Source of the DNA: Nitrospirota bacterium
GTDB taxonomy: Bacteria > Nitrospirota > UBA9217
Direction of reading: 5' to 3'
DNA: 64,000 nucleotides
Assembly: GCA_963663225.1 (NCBI GenBank)
Contig: OY760142.1
Span: 2,464,001-2,528,000, forward strand
Within the stretch, counting starts at the first letter, position 1, and the number at the start of each line of letters is the position of its first letter. A model generated the notes under the pieces. The model did no database searches. It was not told where the DNA came from and was given only the letters and a program-made list of their open reading frames with translations. Below are positions 20,314-30,388 of the stretch, piece by piece. The position numbers were made by a program, and so were the translations under genes.

Positions 20314-21507
20314 TTATCCAAGCGGCGACTTGTTGGTTTTTACGATCCGTTTTCGTATATCAAAATACCACATCGCCAAGGTATTCATAATCATGAAATT
20401 GATATCGTGCCCTTTCTTAAGAACGAAGAGAAGAGCAACGAGCACCATGAGGATATTTGGTATTAAAAACGCCAGATAAGGGCGGACAGTGTTTGTTTCT
20501 GCGAGGTTGGTTGCCGAACCAAGAATGATATAATAAACGAGAAAAACCAAAAGAGCGATTGCGACACCGGCGGATTTTCCGGAACGGCTCTTCCGTATCC
20601 CCAGCGGGGCGCCGATCAACCCGAGAATGATGCAGGCGAAGGGAATCGTCACGCGCTTGTACAATTCCGTTTCAGCCGGGTAAGCCTGTTTGTTTTCTTT
20701 TTTTAAACGGCCGATTTCCTGGATGAGTTCTATTGTTCCAAAATCTCGATAATTTCTTTGCGGGGTGCCTTTTTGCAGAAGTGCACTGCTGATATCGAGG
20801 TAGAGATTGCCCCTGTCGAAATTCATGAATGTATAGGTCCGGTCGTCTTTCGGCTGCATATGAATTGAGCCTTCCTGCATGGCCAGCGTGACATTGAGCG
20901 ATTGCGGATCTGCGATGAGCTTTCCGTGACGAGCCACGACAGCAAAGGGCTCCTTGGAGGAACGCTCATCAGAGATGAAAATCCCGTCAAGTCTGTCCTG
21001 TGATTGCATTTTGTCTACATAGATGACCACGCCGTCAAAGGTGTTGTTGAATACGCCGGGTTCTACGCCTACCATTGCCCGGGACTTGACCATATTGAAC
21101 AGGTGTGACTTGAGGGCGGCGTCAGCGCCGGGCACCAGAGCAAGCGAGGTAATCATTGTCACGGTAAAACAGATCAATGCAAAAAAGAACACCGGACGGA
21201 TCATGCTGTACAGGCTGACGCAGGACGCTTTCATCGCTGTTATTTCCGAGTCGGAACTCAGCCGGGCAAACGCAGTGAGTGAGGCAATAACAAGTGACAT
21301 CGGGATGGTGATAACCAAAAAACCGGGGATTACGTATGCAAATACCTGAATAATGGACAGTAAAGACGCTCCTTTGGAGATAACGAGATCCGCAAGCCTG
21401 AAAATTTTATTCAGAAAAAGAACGAGCAGGAGCACCGTCATGCTGAGAAAGAACGGCGGCAGCATTTCCCTGAAGATATAGCGGTCCAGTATTTTAATCG
21501 ATGTCAT
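20314..21507 (-). CDS. lptF: LPS export ABC permease LptF
   Basis: ILDRYIFRE, RLSSDSEITAMKA, PGVFN, E.YKR.TIPFAC. Confidence 0.9.
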   Translation of the reverse strand: MTSIKILDRYIFREMLPPFFLSMTVLLLVLFLNKIFRLADLVISKGASLLSIIQVFAYVIPGFLVITIPMSLVIASLTAFARLSSDSEITAMKASCVSLYSMIRPVFFFALICFTVTMITSLALVPGADAALKSHLFNMVKSRAMVGVEPGVFNNTFDGVVIYVDKMQSQDRLDGIFISDERSSKEPFAVVARHGKLIADPQSLNVTLAMQEGSIHMQPKDDRTYTFMNFDRGNLYLDISSALLQKGTPQRNYRDFGTIELIQEIGRLKKENKQAYPAETELYKRVTIPFACIILGLIGAPLGIRKSRSGKSAGVAIALLVFLVYYIILGSATNLAETNTVRPYLAFLIPNILMVLVALLFVLKKGHDINFMIMNTLAMWYFDIRKRIVKTNKSPLG

Positions 21508-21509
21508 GG

Positions 21510-23330
21510 CTATTTTCTGATTTCTTCGAGTATATTTATATCGAGTTTGTTCATGCCAAAATAGTCTTTTTCAAGCTCCTCGACGTAAAACCGATCGAGG
21601 CCGCTGTTTACCAGAAAATCCTCCCGCACGCGATTATCCCGGGAGACAATAATATGAGGAAGCAGATTGTTGAGATAGAATGATTCTTTCCGGATATCAA
21701 GGATAATTTCCTCAAAAACGCTGTGCGGAACCGGCCGCTGGACGATGCCTTTTGCCTGGATTTCCCGGTTCAGGTCCTGAATGAAAATTTCCTGGTCTTC
21801 TTTCGAATTCAACTCCGCGTAAATGCTCTTAAAGCGGTCCTTGATGTAGCGGTGGATAGTAGTATAAAGTCTGTCGTCTTCATTGATTTTGCTGAGCGAT
21901 GAGGAAATATCCCGATAGGTGGTATCGCCGGCTTTGATCTGCAAAAGTCCCTGGAATAAACGCTCTACTTTTTTGCGGCCATAGCGGGTGAGGTATCGGT
22001 TTTCTCGAAGAGGATCGATGAACAGCTCTCGAAACAGATCCGCGTGAATCTCCTCAAATACGGCTTTATTGCCGGAAAGACTGCGGATGTTGTCATCACT
22101 CAGGGTTGCGTTCTCCATAAAAGCAAGGTTGTTGATCGTGCTTGCGGTGCTGTCATAACGGTCGAAGTAGGTGAGTATGGAACTCATTGATTCGAGTACG
22201 GACATGTCATTGGAGTCTCGCGCGTGTTCATCGCAGGCGCGGACGGTGTCGAGAAGAAGTCCCTCGAAGGCCTGATCGCGGTATGTAGTGGATTTTTGTT
22301 TGGCTTTTAACAGCTTAACCAGATCTTCCTGGGAAAGGTGTCCGCGTATTTTGTCATCCCTGAAGAACAATCCTTCCAGAATTGCACGCGTGTCCATTAC
22401 GTATTCAGGCTCTTCAACCTCAATGATTTGCATATCTTTCAGAAGAAGTTCGTCGAGCGTGTCGAACAAGTTATGCGGGATATTGAGTCGCAGGCTCAAG
22501 GTCCGCAGGCGAGACAGCTTTGCCAGTTCGGAAGGATTCACTTCGCCCTTTTCAGATACGGCAATGAGTATGTCTTTGTATTCATCGACAATTTTTTTGT
22601 TTTCCGGAAGCTTATACATGCCGTCGATTTTAATGCGCTCTTGCTGGTAGGGGATGATTTTATATTTGTTCGCAAGGTCATCCAGAATGGCATATGCTTC
22701 CGCTGAAAGTATTTTCTGTTCAGAATACAGTTTGTTAAAAGTATTAAAATATTCCTCGTTGTGTTTGTTCAGCAGACGAAAGAGAAAAACAAGAGCCCGG
22801 GGATCGTCCAGTATGTCAAATATTTCCCGGCACAGTTTCGTATCGTCTGCTGCGCCGACCATTGTGCTTCGCTTGAGCTGTTTGCCGATATTCTTGAGGA
22901 TGTCTCGTTGGATTTCCTTTATCTCGGCTGTTCGGGAGGAATGCACGAAAAAAAAATAGTTTGAAACCGCATGGCCGGTGAGAAAAACGTGATCAAACGA
23001 TTCCTGGCCCGCCGTATCGTTGGTAAAGGTAATGCTGTCGCTTTTGTCGTAGAAGGCGCCATACATGACAAGGCGGTTGGAAACGTCCTTCCGCAGGAGG
23101 TCCTTCAACGGGAGGTCGACGCCGAACATATACTCACACAGGCTGCCGCCTGTGCCTGTAAAACTGATGCCGCCTGTTGATATAATGAATTCGTTTCTGC
23201 CGGAGAAAAAACGGTCTCCGTCTGCAAGGGATTCATAGCAATACCTGCTGCTTAAATCTGCGCCCGTGATGGTGACGAAGTAATCAAGATTTTCAGCAGC
23301 ATTTCCATGCAGTTTTATTTCATGAATCAT
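21510..23330 (-). CDS. TIGR04442-like conserved protein of unknown function
   Basis: 606 aa. EI.LHG, GGSLCEYMFGV, NRLVMYGA, YQQERIKID, REDFL.NSGLDRFYVEELE resemble the deltaproteobacterial TIGR04442 family (recall). Confidence 0.7.
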   Translation of the reverse strand: MIHEIKLHGNAAENLDYFVTITGADLSSRYCYESLADGDRFFSGRNEFIISTGGISFTGTGGSLCEYMFGVDLPLKDLLRKDVSNRLVMYGAFYDKSDSITFTNDTAGQESFDHVFLTGHAVSNYFFFVHSSRTAEIKEIQRDILKNIGKQLKRSTMVGAADDTKLCREIFDILDDPRALVFLFRLLNKHNEEYFNTFNKLYSEQKILSAEAYAILDDLANKYKIIPYQQERIKIDGMYKLPENKKIVDEYKDILIAVSEKGEVNPSELAKLSRLRTLSLRLNIPHNLFDTLDELLLKDMQIIEVEEPEYVMDTRAILEGLFFRDDKIRGHLSQEDLVKLLKAKQKSTTYRDQAFEGLLLDTVRACDEHARDSNDMSVLESMSSILTYFDRYDSTASTINNLAFMENATLSDDNIRSLSGNKAVFEEIHADLFRELFIDPLRENRYLTRYGRKKVERLFQGLLQIKAGDTTYRDISSSLSKINEDDRLYTTIHRYIKDRFKSIYAELNSKEDQEIFIQDLNREIQAKGIVQRPVPHSVFEEIILDIRKESFYLNNLLPHIIVSRDNRVREDFLVNSGLDRFYVEELEKDYFGMNKLDINILEEIRK

Positions 23331-23606
23331 AACAAAATATTATATCAGACCACCTTCTTTTTTCAAAATAAAAAATTTTTTTTATAACATGGCAATGTCT
23401 TCCTTTTTTTTAATCGTACTGAGAACAACGTGCGAATACTTATTCCCCTGAAATATCATACTTTGGTTATGAAGATAAACACGGACAAGCTGCATCGGGT
23501 TGTTCAAAGCAACGGGAAGAACCATAATGTTCTTGATAGCAGGAGGCAGAAATCGTATACTATAGCTGCGAAAAAATATCTGAAGGTACGGGCAAAATAA
23601 GCCGCT

Positions 23607-24158
23607 GTGATGCGAAAATCAACAAATTTTAAAAAAAATATTTTTTTGTACGCACTGCTTCTTGGCGCCGCGCTTTTTATTGTCTGTATGATTATGCTGG
23701 ACAAACAAGGCGTCAAAAAAGTAATTGTGGCCGGAGATCAGGCTCCCGAATTTCAGGGGACATTGCTGGACGGTCGCAAGATCGGATTATCTGACTTGCG
23801 GGGGAAGGTGGTGATGGTTCACTTTTGGGCTACCTGGTGTCCACCATGCGTAGAAGAGATGCCTGCTCTTGACAGGATGTACCGTCATTTTCAAAACAAG
23901 GATTTTGAACTGATCGCCGTAAACGTAGACGAAGGTGTGTCTGATGCCGTGCCTGCTTTCCTGAAAAACAATAAAATAACAATCCCTGTACTCCTGGATG
24001 CCCGCAAGAAAATTTCAGGACTCTACGGCACCTATAAACTTCCGGAAACATATATTGTAGACCGCAAAGGCATTGTTCGATACAAAGTCATTGGTCCGCG
24101 AAACTGGGAAAAAAATGAAAATATCAGAATAATTCAGTCTGCTCTCGATGGACAGTGA
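23607..24158 (+). CDS. membrane-anchored TlpA/ResA-like thiol:disulfide oxidoreductase
   Basis: N-terminal TM, FWATWCPPC, LPETYIVD. Confidence 0.92.
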   Translation: MMRKSTNFKKNIFLYALLLGAALFIVCMIMLDKQGVKKVIVAGDQAPEFQGTLLDGRKIGLSDLRGKVVMVHFWATWCPPCVEEMPALDRMYRHFQNKDFELIAVNVDEGVSDAVPAFLKNNKITIPVLLDARKKISGLYGTYKLPETYIVDRKGIVRYKVIGPRNWEKNENIRIIQSALDGQ

Positions 24159-24237
24159 ACTGGATGTCGTCTCTCTGCTTATTTTTTTGAAGGAGCTAAA
24201 CTTCTTACTGAACGCGTGAGAAGAGAATAAACACAAC

Positions 24238-25383
24238 ATGAAAAAGATTTTGTTTATTGGGCTGGGAACTTTGGTTCTTGCTGTATCGGCAGTTTTCTTC
24301 TGGGTTATGCACGTGCTTTCCGACCTTCCTGATGTTTCTTCCTTAAAACGATATCGTCCACCTGCTGCCGCCGAAGTGCTTGATAAGGATGGAAATCTTC
24401 TGACCCATTATTATGACGGTAAATTCCGATTGTGGGTACCGATTGCAAATGTGCCGAGCATTCTTATTCAAGCGGTGGTTACTGCCGAGGATGACACGTT
24501 TTTCGCACACAAGGGCGTGAACTATAAAGCAACATGGGATGCACTGCTCCATGATGTCGAAAAGCGGCGGTTTGCACGCGGTGGAAGCACCATTACTCAG
24601 CAGATGATAAAGAACGTTCTCCTGAGCAAAGAAAAAACAATCAGCCGCAAAATCAGGGAGTATGTTCTGGCAACAAAAGCGGAAAAGGTGCTGACGAAAC
24701 GCCAGATACTCGAAATTTATTTGAACGAGGTGGAATGGGGAGAGAATATTTACGGCGTTGAGGCCGCAAGCCGTTTCTATTTCGATAAACACGTCGGTGA
24801 AATTACGTCTGCCGAGGCTGCCCTTCTAGCCGGTATGCTTCCGAATCCCCGTTATTTCAACCCTTACAAGAGGTCGGAAAAAGCCAGAGACCGGCAGGAA
24901 CGCGTGCTGTTCAATATGCAGCAGGCAAAAATACTTACCCAGGAACAGTATACAGCCGCAATGGCTGAGCCTCTCACGCTGAGGAGGGAAGGTGCAAGCA
25001 GATTTTCTATTCCCACCCTGGGATATGGAGGCGGACGGCCCTGCTATGAACGTGCGCTGGAACAGGCGCTTCTAACGGTATTTGGCGACCATGTCGTGTA
25101 TAGAAGCGGGAAAACAGTGAGAACGACGCTGGACAAGGCTCTGCAGGCTGAATTGAACCGGGAAAAGGACGTCAAAGGGAACGGCATGCCGGAGGAAGTA
25201 CTGGTGGTGCGCCAGAATGGTTTCATACGGGCTTTTGTTTGCGGACTGGAAAAAGAGCAGGAAGTACGGGATGCCGCTACTTCCCATTGGTTCACGTTCC
25301 CTGGATATGAAGTGGGGCGCATTGACCTGTCCTCTGTCGAACGGGACGAAATTGTGCCTTCTGATCAGGAAAAGTCAAAATAG
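24238..25383 (+). CDS. peptidoglycan glycosyltransferase (GT51) with truncated class A PBP C-terminus
   Basis: EDDTFFAHKG, GGSTITQQ, RKIRE, KRQILEIYLN, LAGML. No SxxK transpeptidase domain. Confidence 0.88.
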   Translation: MKKILFIGLGTLVLAVSAVFFWVMHVLSDLPDVSSLKRYRPPAAAEVLDKDGNLLTHYYDGKFRLWVPIANVPSILIQAVVTAEDDTFFAHKGVNYKATWDALLHDVEKRRFARGGSTITQQMIKNVLLSKEKTISRKIREYVLATKAEKVLTKRQILEIYLNEVEWGENIYGVEAASRFYFDKHVGEITSAEAALLAGMLPNPRYFNPYKRSEKARDRQERVLFNMQQAKILTQEQYTAAMAEPLTLRREGASRFSIPTLGYGGGRPCYERALEQALLTVFGDHVVYRSGKTVRTTLDKALQAELNREKDVKGNGMPEEVLVVRQNGFIRAFVCGLEKEQEVRDAATSHWFTFPGYEVGRIDLSSVERDEIVPSDQEKSK

Positions 25384-25427
25384 CAAAAACCCCACCTTGC
25401 CGCGTCCTTTTTTTGCGTTGTGCAAGG

Positions 25428-26426
25428 CTAGAACTCGATATTCGGCCTGATAATGAATTGGAAGTTGTCCTTGCCTGTTGCAAGCGATCCTGTATATTTT
25501 TTTGAGGAATCCCAGACAAAACCGACAGCCAGCGCAAGAGCGATCCGCCAGCTTTCAAACGGCCATTTTTTATCTACCGTAAGATAATGCTGGATGGCGC
25601 TGAATGTACGGCGATCCATGGAGTACGTATATTCAATCCCGCTGTTGTTCAGCAGAAATGATCCCTCAGACTTATAATCAACCCTGCTTCTCCGGAACGA
25701 AAGATACAGCACATCAGTAATGTTCGGGTTGCCATGTTCTTTAGCTCCGATGCGAAAGCTCCAATTCAATTTTTTGACCGGTGATTTTCGGTCTCCTTTT
25801 ATTTTCCACTCAATTTCCCACCAGTCGTCCTGAATCAGACGGTTATCTTTTATATGGAAGTTGCCGTAACTGATAAGATATCCGCTGTAACCGAGTCCCT
25901 TGGTGTCCTGAAGCCCGGGAACGGCAAAGTTAGCAACATTTCCGAAAAGAACTGAAAAGGCATACGGCTCCTCAAATCCAGCGGTAATGGTTTTGATCCA
26001 GTTAAAATTATCGGACACTTGGGCGTCCTGGTAAAATCGTTTCCAGTGGGACCTGATATATGTTCCGAAATATGGCAGCGGATTGACGCTTGCCTCCAGC
26101 ACAATGAATTGCGGAAGAACAGCCGCTCGGGAGAACAGTGCTCCATAAATTTCTGCTTCAGTCTTTTCTCCGAGGTCGGGAATAGGTTTTTGGGTAAGAG
26201 CGATTATAAAGTCAAGGTCGGTGTAATAGGCATCCGGTTCAAAGACGAGTTGAAATCGTTTAAACTCTGTTTGGGGAGGGTCTGTTGCCGGTTTGCTTTC
26301 TCCTGTGCCCGGCTGGTCGCCAAAAGCAGGCACTGATATTGCGGACAGCACAATGGCAAAAGAAAGAACGGCGAACCAGGCAGAACGTGATCGGCGCTTT
26401 CTGGCAAGAGCGATGCGTGCGGGCAT
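25428..26426 (-). CDS. hypothetical exported protein, probable outer-membrane beta-barrel
   Basis: Signal peptide ending PAFG, alternating aromatic beta-strands, C-terminal beta-signal FIIRPNIEF. Start set to ATG 26426. Confidence 0.6.
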   Translation of the reverse strand: MPARIALARKRRSRSAWFAVLSFAIVLSAISVPAFGDQPGTGESKPATDPPQTEFKRFQLVFEPDAYYTDLDFIIALTQKPIPDLGEKTEAEIYGALFSRAAVLPQFIVLEASVNPLPYFGTYIRSHWKRFYQDAQVSDNFNWIKTITAGFEEPYAFSVLFGNVANFAVPGLQDTKGLGYSGYLISYGNFHIKDNRLIQDDWWEIEWKIKGDRKSPVKKLNWSFRIGAKEHGNPNITDVLYLSFRRSRVDYKSEGSFLLNNSGIEYTYSMDRRTFSAIQHYLTVDKKWPFESWRIALALAVGFVWDSSKKYTGSLATGKDNFQFIIRPNIEF

Positions 26427-26581
26427 GGACGGAGCATAGCACAGAGAAAAAAAGAAGGGAAGTCCTAAATAATTGGAATCAGCAGCAACAGAAATTAAGC
26501 TGTAATAATCAGCGCGTTCGGGGAAACAGGAGAACCGCTGAAAGAAAACTACATTAAACGAGTTTGCAGCACAACCCGTTG

Positions 26582-29500
26582 TTATACCAGCGCTTCTTCG
26601 CGTAGCTTGACGGAAACCACCCGCGAGCATCCCGGTTCTTCCATCGTAATGCCGTAGAGCGCATCGGCCATTTCCATGGTGCGTTTGTTATGCGTGATGG
26701 TAATGAACTGTGAGCGGTTGCTCATTTCACGGATAAGCCGGGTAAAGCGCGTTACATTGGCTTCGTCAAGCGGTGCATCCACTTCATCAAGCATACAGAA
26801 GGGGCTTGGTTTGACCAGGAAGGCTGCGAAGAGCAGGGCAATCGCCGTGAGGGCGCGTTCGCCGCCGGACAGGAGAGATATGGCCTGAAATTTCTTCCCT
26901 CGCGGCTGCGCGATAATTTCAATACCGGACTCAAGAACATCAGTTTCATCGAGCAGGACGAGTTCCGCCTTGCCTCCTTCAAAGAGGAGCGAGAAGACCT
27001 CTTTGAACTTTTCCTGGATGGCGTTAAACGCCTCGACGAAAAGCTCTTTGGTTTCTCCGTCAAGCTTTGCGATGGTTGCTTTCAGGTTGTTGATGGATTC
27101 GTTGATATCGTTCTGCTGCGCCGAAAGAAGGTCATACCGCTCTTTCAGCTCATTATACTCCTGAAGAGCGTCCACATTGATCGGTCCCATTTGATCAATC
27201 TTATCCCGCAGCTCGGTGAGCCGCAGCGCGGATTCTTCCATGTTGATTTCAAACTGGCCAAGCTCCTGAACAATGGATTCGAGCTCAACGTGATAGGATG
27301 TCCATATCCTGTCCTTCAGATGCTCAATTTTCATGCGGAGTTCAGTGCGTCTGACCTCGCACGCCGTGAGCTGCTTCTGGGCGGTCTCGATATCATTCCT
27401 GCTGTGGCGTGCCTGTTCTTCCGCTGCCTGGAGCGCCTGCGTCTTTACAGTATGAGCCTCTTGTTTGGCATTGTAGACACCGCGTTGTGCTTCAAGCGCT
27501 GTGATATGCTCCTTGATAGCAACTTCTGCTTCGCCGATGGAAGATTCATGTTCAAGGATTTTTGATGCAATGCCTTCAATCTCGGCTTCACGCCTGGCAA
27601 GGCGCTCGGTCATGTCTGATTCGGTGCTTACGAGCGAGGAAAGATTGCGGGCAACGGCAGCGCATTTTTCCTGCAGCGCAGCGAGCCCCATTCTGATGTC
27701 GGTTATTTCGGCGCGTGCGGCCTCGAGATATTCTTTCTGCTGGGCTATTTCCACCTGGACTGCTTCAATGCTGGCCTGAGCGTTCGAGTGCCCAGTCTCG
27801 AGATTTTTAAGCAATTCGCTTGCCTGCTCAACGCCGGCGTTTAAATCACGACGCAGCAGGTCGCGCTCCGCAGATGCGGTTTCGAGTGCAGCGGCGTGGT
27901 TGTTTGTTCTGGTGATCTCATCGCTGACGGCAGAGCAGTCTTTATTTTTGTTCACCCCGTCTATTTCCAGGCTGTGAATCAACTGAGAAAGGTCTGTTTC
28001 CTGAATTTGGTCGGCTTCTATAGCGTCTTCGACGGATTTTAATTCCGATTCGAGACCGATGGTAACGGTTTTGAGCTCCGCGACTTCATGCTCCAGGTCT
28101 TTTATCTCGCGCCGTTTGGTCAGCATCCCGGTACCGCCTGCTTCGACGGTGCCGCCTGTTACAGCGCCCCAGGGGTCTACTATTTCTCCGGCAAGAGTCA
28201 CGATGGTTTTGTGGATGCCGTTTTTGTTCCAAAGGGCAAGGGCCGTGTCCATGGTGTCCACGACCACAACGTCGCCCAGGAGATATTCTGCAACATGGCT
28301 GTAATTGTCGCTATACCGCACGATATTCAGGGCAGTGCCGATGACGCCGGCGTTGCCGTTTTTTACGTACGGTTCGGTTTTTATTTCCCGCGGTGTTTTC
28401 GGCACGAAGGTGCTTCTTCCCCCGCCCTGCGCCTTAAGATAGCTGATTGCCTTGAGCGAATCATTTTGTGAATCCACTACGACGTACTGAAGGCGGTCGC
28501 CGAGCACAGCTTCTATGGCGAGTTCGTACTGGGGATCGGTTTCGATCATGTCGGCAACCAGACCGTGAATCCGCCCGAATCGGTTTTCCGCTGACGCTTC
28601 TTTCTGTGCCGACATGACAGTGCGAACACCTTTTTGATAGCCTTCAAGTTTTTGTTCCAACTCAAGCAATGACCGGAGGCGAGAACTCTGGCCCGCAAGC
28701 GCATTGCGTGCCGCCCCAAGATCGGCTTCAATGGTCTTTTTTCTTCCCATGGACTCCTCAAGACGGGCGCGCAGTGCTGAGCGCTCTTCCTGGGCTGCGT
28801 TCCGGCGGCTTGCGAGGGTGGCAAGTTCCTGCTCTTTCGCAGCGAGGAGCGCAGACAGCTCGGACAGTTTTGCTGCAATCTCCTGTTTTTCCCGGATGTC
28901 CCGTTCGTCTTGCTCGCTGAGCTGGGTCAGGCGGGATTGGAGATTGGCGATTTTTGCCTTTTCCGCCGCTGATTCATTCAGGGCGTTGAGGATGCCAGTC
29001 CTTGTTTCTTCGAGAAGAAGCTCTTTTTCTTTGAGCGCCTGTGTCAGGATTTCAAGAGAGGCTGTTTTTTCATTCAGCAAAGAGCTCTTTTCCTGAATTG
29101 CCGCTTCCAACTCGCGGGTTTCATCCCCGTGCTGCGTTTTTTGCTCGGTTATGCGGGATAGCTCCTGCCGCAGGTACGTTATGTCGGCAAGGTCGCGGTT
29201 GCGCTGTTCGTTCAGGGAGGCAATCTGGCTCTTCGATATTTCGACGCGGTGTTCGGACCGGTTTAGTGCCGACTCGGTTTCGTGAATTTTATGCTGGAGG
29301 GCCGTAAGCTCGTGTTCGGCGGAAAGGGCGTCCGCACGGGATTCTTCCATTGCTGCTTCAATTTTGCTGAGAGCCGTATGCAGTTCCGTAACTTCATCCT
29401 CGAGTTTTTTGAATTCCCGGCTCACTGCGACCCAGTCCTGTCCAAGGTTGGAATACTCGACGGCTGCGAGCCGATGATCCAGATCTTTCATTTCTGCCCG

Positions 29501-30163
29501 AAATTTCTGATAGCGCTCGGCTTTTTTGGCTTGGCGGTCGAGTGAATTGACCTGCCGCTTCACCTCGGTAATAATATCGTTTATCCGGAGTTGGTTCTGC
29601 TGGGTGGACTCCAGTTTTGAGAGTGCTTCCTGCCTCCTGGCCTTGTATTTCATGACGCCTGCTGTCTCCTCGAACAGGAAACGGCGGTCCTGGGGCTTGG
29701 AGGAAAGAATCTGATCAACGCGCCCCTGCTCGATGATTGCATGAATCTTGGCGCCCACTCCGGCGTCCATCATGAGGTCGCGGATATCTTTGAGGCGGCA
29801 GGGAATTTTATTGATAAGATATTCGCTCTCACCGGAGCGAAAAAGTCTGCGGGTGATCTCGATTTCGCTGTACTGCCCGAAACCCGACGGCAATGATCCT
29901 GCGACATCCGTGAGCGTAAGGGTGACCTCAGCCATGCCGAGGGGCTTTCTGCTCTCGCTTCCGTTAAAGATGACATCTTCCATTTTATCGCCGCGGATGT
30001 GTTTTGCGCTTTGTTCTCCCAGCACCCAGCGAATGGCATCGGAAATATTACTTTTCCCGCATCCGTTCGGCCCTACAACCGCGGTAATTCCCGGCTGGAA
30101 CTTTACGGTGGTTTTGTCAGAAAAGGATTTAAAACCGATCATTTCAAGTGTTTTGAGCTGCAT
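26582..30163 (-). CDS. smc: chromosome segregation protein SMC
   Basis: GFKSF, GPNGCGKSN, coiled coils, hinge, LSGGE, LDEVDAPLD, ITH. AAGGAG SD. Confidence 0.98.
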   Translation of the reverse strand: MQLKTLEMIGFKSFSDKTTVKFQPGITAVVGPNGCGKSNISDAIRWVLGEQSAKHIRGDKMEDVIFNGSESRKPLGMAEVTLTLTDVAGSLPSGFGQYSEIEITRRLFRSGESEYLINKIPCRLKDIRDLMMDAGVGAKIHAIIEQGRVDQILSSKPQDRRFLFEETAGVMKYKARRQEALSKLESTQQNQLRINDIITEVKRQVNSLDRQAKKAERYQKFRAEMKDLDHRLAAVEYSNLGQDWVAVSREFKKLEDEVTELHTALSKIEAAMEESRADALSAEHELTALQHKIHETESALNRSEHRVEISKSQIASLNEQRNRDLADITYLRQELSRITEQKTQHGDETRELEAAIQEKSSLLNEKTASLEILTQALKEKELLLEETRTGILNALNESAAEKAKIANLQSRLTQLSEQDERDIREKQEIAAKLSELSALLAAKEQELATLASRRNAAQEERSALRARLEESMGRKKTIEADLGAARNALAGQSSRLRSLLELEQKLEGYQKGVRTVMSAQKEASAENRFGRIHGLVADMIETDPQYELAIEAVLGDRLQYVVVDSQNDSLKAISYLKAQGGGRSTFVPKTPREIKTEPYVKNGNAGVIGTALNIVRYSDNYSHVAEYLLGDVVVVDTMDTALALWNKNGIHKTIVTLAGEIVDPWGAVTGGTVEAGGTGMLTKRREIKDLEHEVAELKTVTIGLESELKSVEDAIEADQIQETDLSQLIHSLEIDGVNKNKDCSAVSDEITRTNNHAAALETASAERDLLRRDLNAGVEQASELLKNLETGHSNAQASIEAVQVEIAQQKEYLEAARAEITDIRMGLAALQEKCAAVARNLSSLVSTESDMTERLARREAEIEGIASKILEHESSIGEAEVAIKEHITALEAQRGVYNAKQEAHTVKTQALQAAEEQARHSRNDIETAQKQLTACEVRRTELRMKIEHLKDRIWTSYHVELESIVQELGQFEINMEESALRLTELRDKIDQMGPINVDALQEYNELKERYDLLSAQQNDINESINNLKATIAKLDGETKELFVEAFNAIQEKFKEVFSLLFEGGKAELVLLDETDVLESGIEIIAQPRGKKFQAISLLSGGERALTAIALLFAAFLVKPSPFCMLDEVDAPLDEANVTRFTRLIREMSNRSQFITITHNKRTMEMADALYGITMEEPGCSRVVSVKLREEALV

Positions 30164-30351
30164 AGATCTCCTTGGCAAAACATAGACAAGCGAATTTTCA
30201 CCCGGTCATTCCAGGTTTTTGTGAAAAAAGAGCATTTATAATCTATAAATCCTAATATCCCCCGTAGAAACCCATGGGGAAGGCAAACTATTTTACAAAA
30301 ATCGCAAAGTAGCGCTGGATGGTGAGTGCCGAAGTGATATTGTTAACAGCG

Positions 30352-30380
30352 TTTATATCATAAGCCGATGGGTTTGTAAA
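30352..30380 (-). promoter_or_regulatory. putative sigma70 promoter of smc
   Basis: Minus strand TTTACA-N17-TATAAA with extended TG. Confidence 0.55.
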
Positions 30381-30388
30381 GCGAAAAA

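Noticed and set aside
30281-30334. c-di-GMP-I riboswitch-like string GGCAAAC...CGCAAAG...TGCCGAA
   Set aside because: It lies on the + strand, antisense to both flanking genes. It lacks the GNRA loop and tetraloop receptor, and the second stem is too short.
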